A DNA stretch of 64,000 nucleotides from the human T2T-CHM13v2.0 reference genome, Homo sapiens. Positions within the stretch are counted from its first letter, which is position 1. Each line of letters begins with the position of its first letter. The position numbers and the translations under genes are program-made. The DNA lies in assembly GCF_009914755.1 (NCBI RefSeq), contig NC_060934.1; one strand, 5' to 3'. The notes below the pieces were generated by a model. That model did no database searches. It had not been told where the DNA came from and was given only the letters and a program-made list of their open reading frames with translations. This document shows positions 62,836 through 64,000 of the stretch, piece after piece.

Positions 62836-63459
62836 TTAAATATCTGATAAGCCTTTGCAAATAGCTGTTTTGCACTTGCTAAGAGTCTGGTTGGCATCAT
62901 GGGAGACTTCTCTAAGTACTTAGAGTCAGCTAATTAGAAAGAATATGACTCCTTTTCTCTTACCCAAGAAATCTCTGAAACTGCTGCAGTGAAGCTTTCC
63001 TTTCTCAGTGGGTCATTTCATAAAAGGGTTGTTTAGCATAAATCTTTGCTGATTCAGGAAACCTTTTTTTCTAACTCTTCAGTTTAAACACTCCTTAGTT
63101 CAGAGATACTTCAGAAATTGACTACTTCCTTCAGTTCTCCCCTGAGAAGAGCACCAAGCTAGCCAGGGATGAGAGGACACCATTCTGAGCAGGTGGGTGG
63201 GATGGGAGTGGAGCTGAGGGCAGTGGAGTATAAGGCATTTGCAAACAACAACAACAACAAAACTGGCAAACTGGTGACAGTGGTTTCATTTCAGTTTCTG
63301 TTATAAGAAGACTATATTTTGGTAATAAGCTCTACTCAAGCAAAAGGGCTGTCATTATAAGTCCCAGTTCAAAGAGAAACTGAGAGAGGGCTAATGGGGT
63401 GCAATGGGGTGGCCTAACCAAGAACTGTGTGCTGAGCTGGAGAGCTTTTTGAGTCCAGC

Positions 63460-63975
63460 TGTCTACAGCTGGGTTCTCCCTTAAGCAGACTCTGAAACTA
63501 AGATTTGGGTGATCCCAGGAAACACAAGTAGGGAAATGTGGAGGTGACATAAGAAAGGGAAAGAGAACAACAAAAGATGTGTTGATGAGCAGGTTACTGT
63601 GTGGGCAACTGGAGCTCAGTCCTGTCGGGGAGTCAGGCAGACAATGGAGAACACACTTCTGAGTTGTCCTGCTCCAGGAGGTAAGGAGGCTGGCATAGAC
63701 ATCCACCTATTTTGGGCTTGCTCTATGTAGGAGCCTTGCCTACTCCTGCAGTCAGAGCAAGCACTTAGAACAGGAAGGAACAACAGTGAGTACATAAACC
63801 ATGAGGGGAGAAGTGACAGTGTCTGCTATAATGGCCAGTAGTTTGCAAAAGAGCCCATCCCAAGCCATGCAGCTCCTGAAGGGAACCGGGTAGCTGGTGG
63901 GTGGGATCTGCCAGGCCCTGGAAGCCTGTCTAGGCATTTGCCCCAGACTTCCCCACAATGGCCACTCTCCCTCTC
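63460..63975 (-). mobile_element. LTR16-like ERVL LTR
   Basis: GGGTTCTCCC..AAGCAGACTCTGA...GTGATCCCAGGAA...GGGCAACTGGAGCTCAGTCC. Confidence 0.65.
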
Positions 63976-64000
63976 AAGATACCGCTCCTTCCTAAGGGTG

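Overview
Primate, most likely human, non-coding genomic DNA. It is CpG-depleted, has no CpG island and no credible protein-coding exon; the ORF track is almost entirely chance ORFs and repeat-derived ORFs. The window is dominated by interspersed repeats: MIR and L2 relics, hAT and Tigger DNA transposons, Alu/FLAM elements, several solo LTRs, an intact THE1 provirus (8052-10370), a THE1D provirus nested in a once full-length antisense L1MA (34335-41802), and a multiply nested L1 block (43.5-54.6 kb). The only gene-derived sequence is a full-length processed RPS6 pseudogene (minus strand, about 45164-45999). I found no novel coding system. The most unusual signal is a recurring repair-scar architecture: 50-65 bp copied from 1.6-3 kb away and followed immediately by fold-back inverted repeats (19717-19808 and 52672-52740), plus a fold-back palindrome at a multi-kb deletion junction (36901-36920). 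Repeat subfamily names come from recalled consensus sequences and need RepeatMasker/Dfam confirmation; boundaries of old repeats are approximate.
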